Shown one piece after another: positions 62,665 through 64,000 of a stretch of DNA of 64,000 nucleotides. Numbering within the stretch: the first letter of the stretch is position 1; each line of letters opens with the position of its first letter. The DNA lies in the NCBI GenBank assembly GCA_964423875.1, contig CAYRGS010000002.1, forward strand, positions 14,062 through 78,061. The letters are read 5' to 3'. Both the position numbers and the translations under genes were made by a program. Under the pieces are notes generated by a model. The model searched no databases. It was not told where the DNA came from and worked only from the letters and a program-made list of their open reading frames with translations. Source of the DNA: an uncultured bacterium. GTDB taxonomy: Bacteria; UBA8248; JACPRG01; G963555815.

Positions 62665-63507
62665 TTATGATTCCCTCCCCTTCAGGAACCGGTAGAGTAT
62701 CCGCACGCTGACCGCCTCCACCCGATCATGAACGTCTTTGTAATCCTCGTCCAGGACGCAGAGGTCCCGGTACTTCACCGAATCCGCCGCCTCGTCTTCC
62801 GACAGTCCCCGGCCGATGGCTGAGCGCACCCGGTCGAGGACCTCCCGCGTCGTCTCCTCCATGCGCTCGATCCACTCCTTGCCGCACACGGGGCCGTGGC
62901 CGGGGACAACAACGTCGGCGTCCAGCCCCCTGAGTCGGTCAAGAGAGGCAAGACAATCGAACGGATCGGCGTCCTGCCACCAGACCATATGGTCGACAAA
63001 CAGGTTGTCCGTGGCAAAGAGAACCCCTCTGCCGGGCAGATGGACGGCCGTTTCCCCCGACGTGTGGCCGGGCGTATGAAGGAGCCGGATCTCCTCGCCC
63101 CCGACGTACAAGGTCGCGTCGCCGGAGAAGGTGACCTCGGGCGCGCGGGGCTTGTAGTCCCCCACGATGGAGACCCCCTCCGGGTCGGCCTTCGCGATCC
63201 ACGGGCCGACGCCGTCGATGCCGAACCCCCAAAGGGGGGACTTGTTGTGGAAGTTCCGCAGGGTTTCGTCGTGGGCGACAATCTTTCCCTCGAAAAACGG
63301 GTTTCCCATCGTGTGGTCCCAGTGGGGCTCGGTGTTGATGAGCCACTTCACCGGGCCGTACGGGGCGATGGCCTCCTTCCACCCACCCCACTCGGTGGGC
63401 TTTTGAGGCGTATCCACCATCACGACGCCGTCCCGCGTTACGATGAACCCCGGATTGCAGCCGAAGATGTTTGTCTCGGCAAAAACGCCCCGCGCCACCT
63501 CTTCCAT
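62665..63507 (-). CDS. MBL-fold metallo-hydrolase
   Basis: The start is MEEVARGVFAETNIF within ORF 62665..63924. INTEPHWDHTMGN is an HxDH-type motif. LLHTPGHTSGE and VVPGHGP are also present. Confidence 0.8.
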   Translation of the reverse strand: MEEVARGVFAETNIFGCNPGFIVTRDGVVMVDTPQKPTEWGGWKEAIAPYGPVKWLINTEPHWDHTMGNPFFEGKIVAHDETLRNFHNKSPLWGFGIDGVGPWIAKADPEGVSIVGDYKPRAPEVTFSGDATLYVGGEEIRLLHTPGHTSGETAVHLPGRGVLFATDNLFVDHMVWWQDADPFDCLASLDRLRGLDADVVVPGHGPVCGKEWIERMEETTREVLDRVRSAIGRGLSEDEAADSVKYRDLCVLDEDYKDVHDRVEAVSVRILYRFLKGRES

Positions 63508-63575
63508 ATGATTTTCCTTCCCGACTTCGATCCCCCCGCGGGCGGGAAGGCGCGTTCCAGCCGGGCCGCCGGAAC

Positions 63576-63995
63576 TCAGCCGCTCTCCGCGATGGCGATG
63601 GCCTCGGTCATGACGGCGCAATCGGGAACGATCAGCGCCCCCGTTCCGATGGTCGTGCTGGCGGGAGGATTTTTCCCGTAGACCTCCGCGCGCGCGACCA
63701 GGGCCTCGGACAGATCGCCCAGGTCCGTATGATACGTCCAAGTCTTGACGACACTTTCGATCCCGCTCCCAGCCGCTTCCACCAGTTTCCCGAGGACATC
63801 CAGACAGTAACGCATCTGGGCCTCTCCGCGCGTGCGATAGTGGGGAAAGTTGGGATCTATCCGGGCCTCGGGTGAAACGCCCGTCTTGTAGTCGGTCGGG
63901 AGGATCTCGCTTGTGAAAATCCAATCCCCCACCCGCAGCGCTTGGGGCTGATGAAGGGACGGCTCGGGAATCGCCTCCGTCTCCACGACGTCCAC
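63576..63995 (-). CDS. RidA/YjgF-like (Rid family) protein
   Basis: 139-aa ORF with WIFTSEILPTD.., ESVVKTWTYHTDLGDLSEALVARAEVYG.. and MTEAIAIA, matching the chorismate-mutase-like Rid fold pattern. Confidence 0.7.
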   Translation of the reverse strand: MDVVETEAIPEPSLHQPQALRVGDWIFTSEILPTDYKTGVSPEARIDPNFPHYRTRGEAQMRYCLDVLGKLVEAAGSGIESVVKTWTYHTDLGDLSEALVARAEVYGKNPPASTTIGTGALIVPDCAVMTEAIAIAESG

Positions 63996-64000
63996 TTTCA

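Noticed and set aside
1-64000. CRISPR arrays, long tandem repeats, rRNA genes, integrases or recombinases, toxin-antitoxin pairs and recognisable defence-system genes.
   Set aside because: I found none on reading through both strands. The only RNA gene I can support is tRNA-Ala, and the only mobile-element trace is the IS1380-like remnant.

Overview
This is a high-GC bacterial chromosomal segment. Hand counts on sample 60-nt lines give about 40/60 G+C in typical genes. The organism looks diderm, because the window encodes Sec signal peptides, a lipobox protein and a beta-barrel-like protein ending in Phe. I call about 50 protein genes, one tRNA-Ala(CGC), no rRNA and no CRISPR array. All family calls come from motifs I recognise in the supplied translations or in my own translations. 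No database search was possible, and start codons are often uncertain.

Content by region:
- 1-14.5 kb: an amino-compound or lactam-type catabolic neighbourhood. It holds class III and class IV aminotransferases, a TAXI-TRAP importer, an SDR, a HyuA/HyuB hydantoinase-oxoprolinase pair and a GntR regulator. Two decayed genes are interspersed, one racemase-like and one UbiD-like.
- 14.8-20.3 kb: envelope and housekeeping genes (GT2, a TPR protein, an M16 peptidase, an ABM protein).
- 20.7-30 kb: an oxidative catabolic set. It holds SDRs, a PhtD-like decarboxylase, a C-N hydrolase, a cupin, a lone molybdenum-hydroxylase large subunit and a Rieske oxygenase. A low-GC islet interrupts it.
- 30.3-33.1 kb: a low-GC island with a membrane-anchored sulfatase-fold protein whose catalytic motifs look substituted, plus an IS1380-like transposase remnant.
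- 33.2-47.5 kb: two MDR dehydrogenases, EtfBA, a methyltransferase, a Mug-like glycosylase, CutA, an acyl-CoA dehydrogenase, a membrane Fe-S (CCG-type) oxidoreductase, an EamA transporter, a HEAT protein and LpdA.
- 48.8-49.3 kb: tRNA-Ala followed by an AT-rich scar and a formylglycine-generating-enzyme remnant.
- 49.3-60.4 kb (most interesting): a redox island. A translationally coupled operon encodes a tetrahaem cytochrome c, a protein with two cNMP-binding domains fused to four [4Fe-4S] motifs, a membrane protein with two H-x13-H helices, and a decahaem cytochrome with a cytoplasmic Cys-rich head. Alongside are a membrane-anchored FNR-like FAD/2Fe-2S reductase and a divergent pair of pentahaem cytochrome and outer-membrane barrel lipoprotein. 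I propose this as a candidate, apparently uncharacterised, cyclic-nucleotide-gated electron conduit from NAD(P)H to the periplasm or cell surface.
- 60.5-64 kb: stress and repair genes (a frameshifted truncated haemoglobin, MsrA, a PPOX-like protein, two RidA-like proteins and an MBL hydrolase).

A striking window-wide feature is the number of frameshifted or truncated genes, at least eight.
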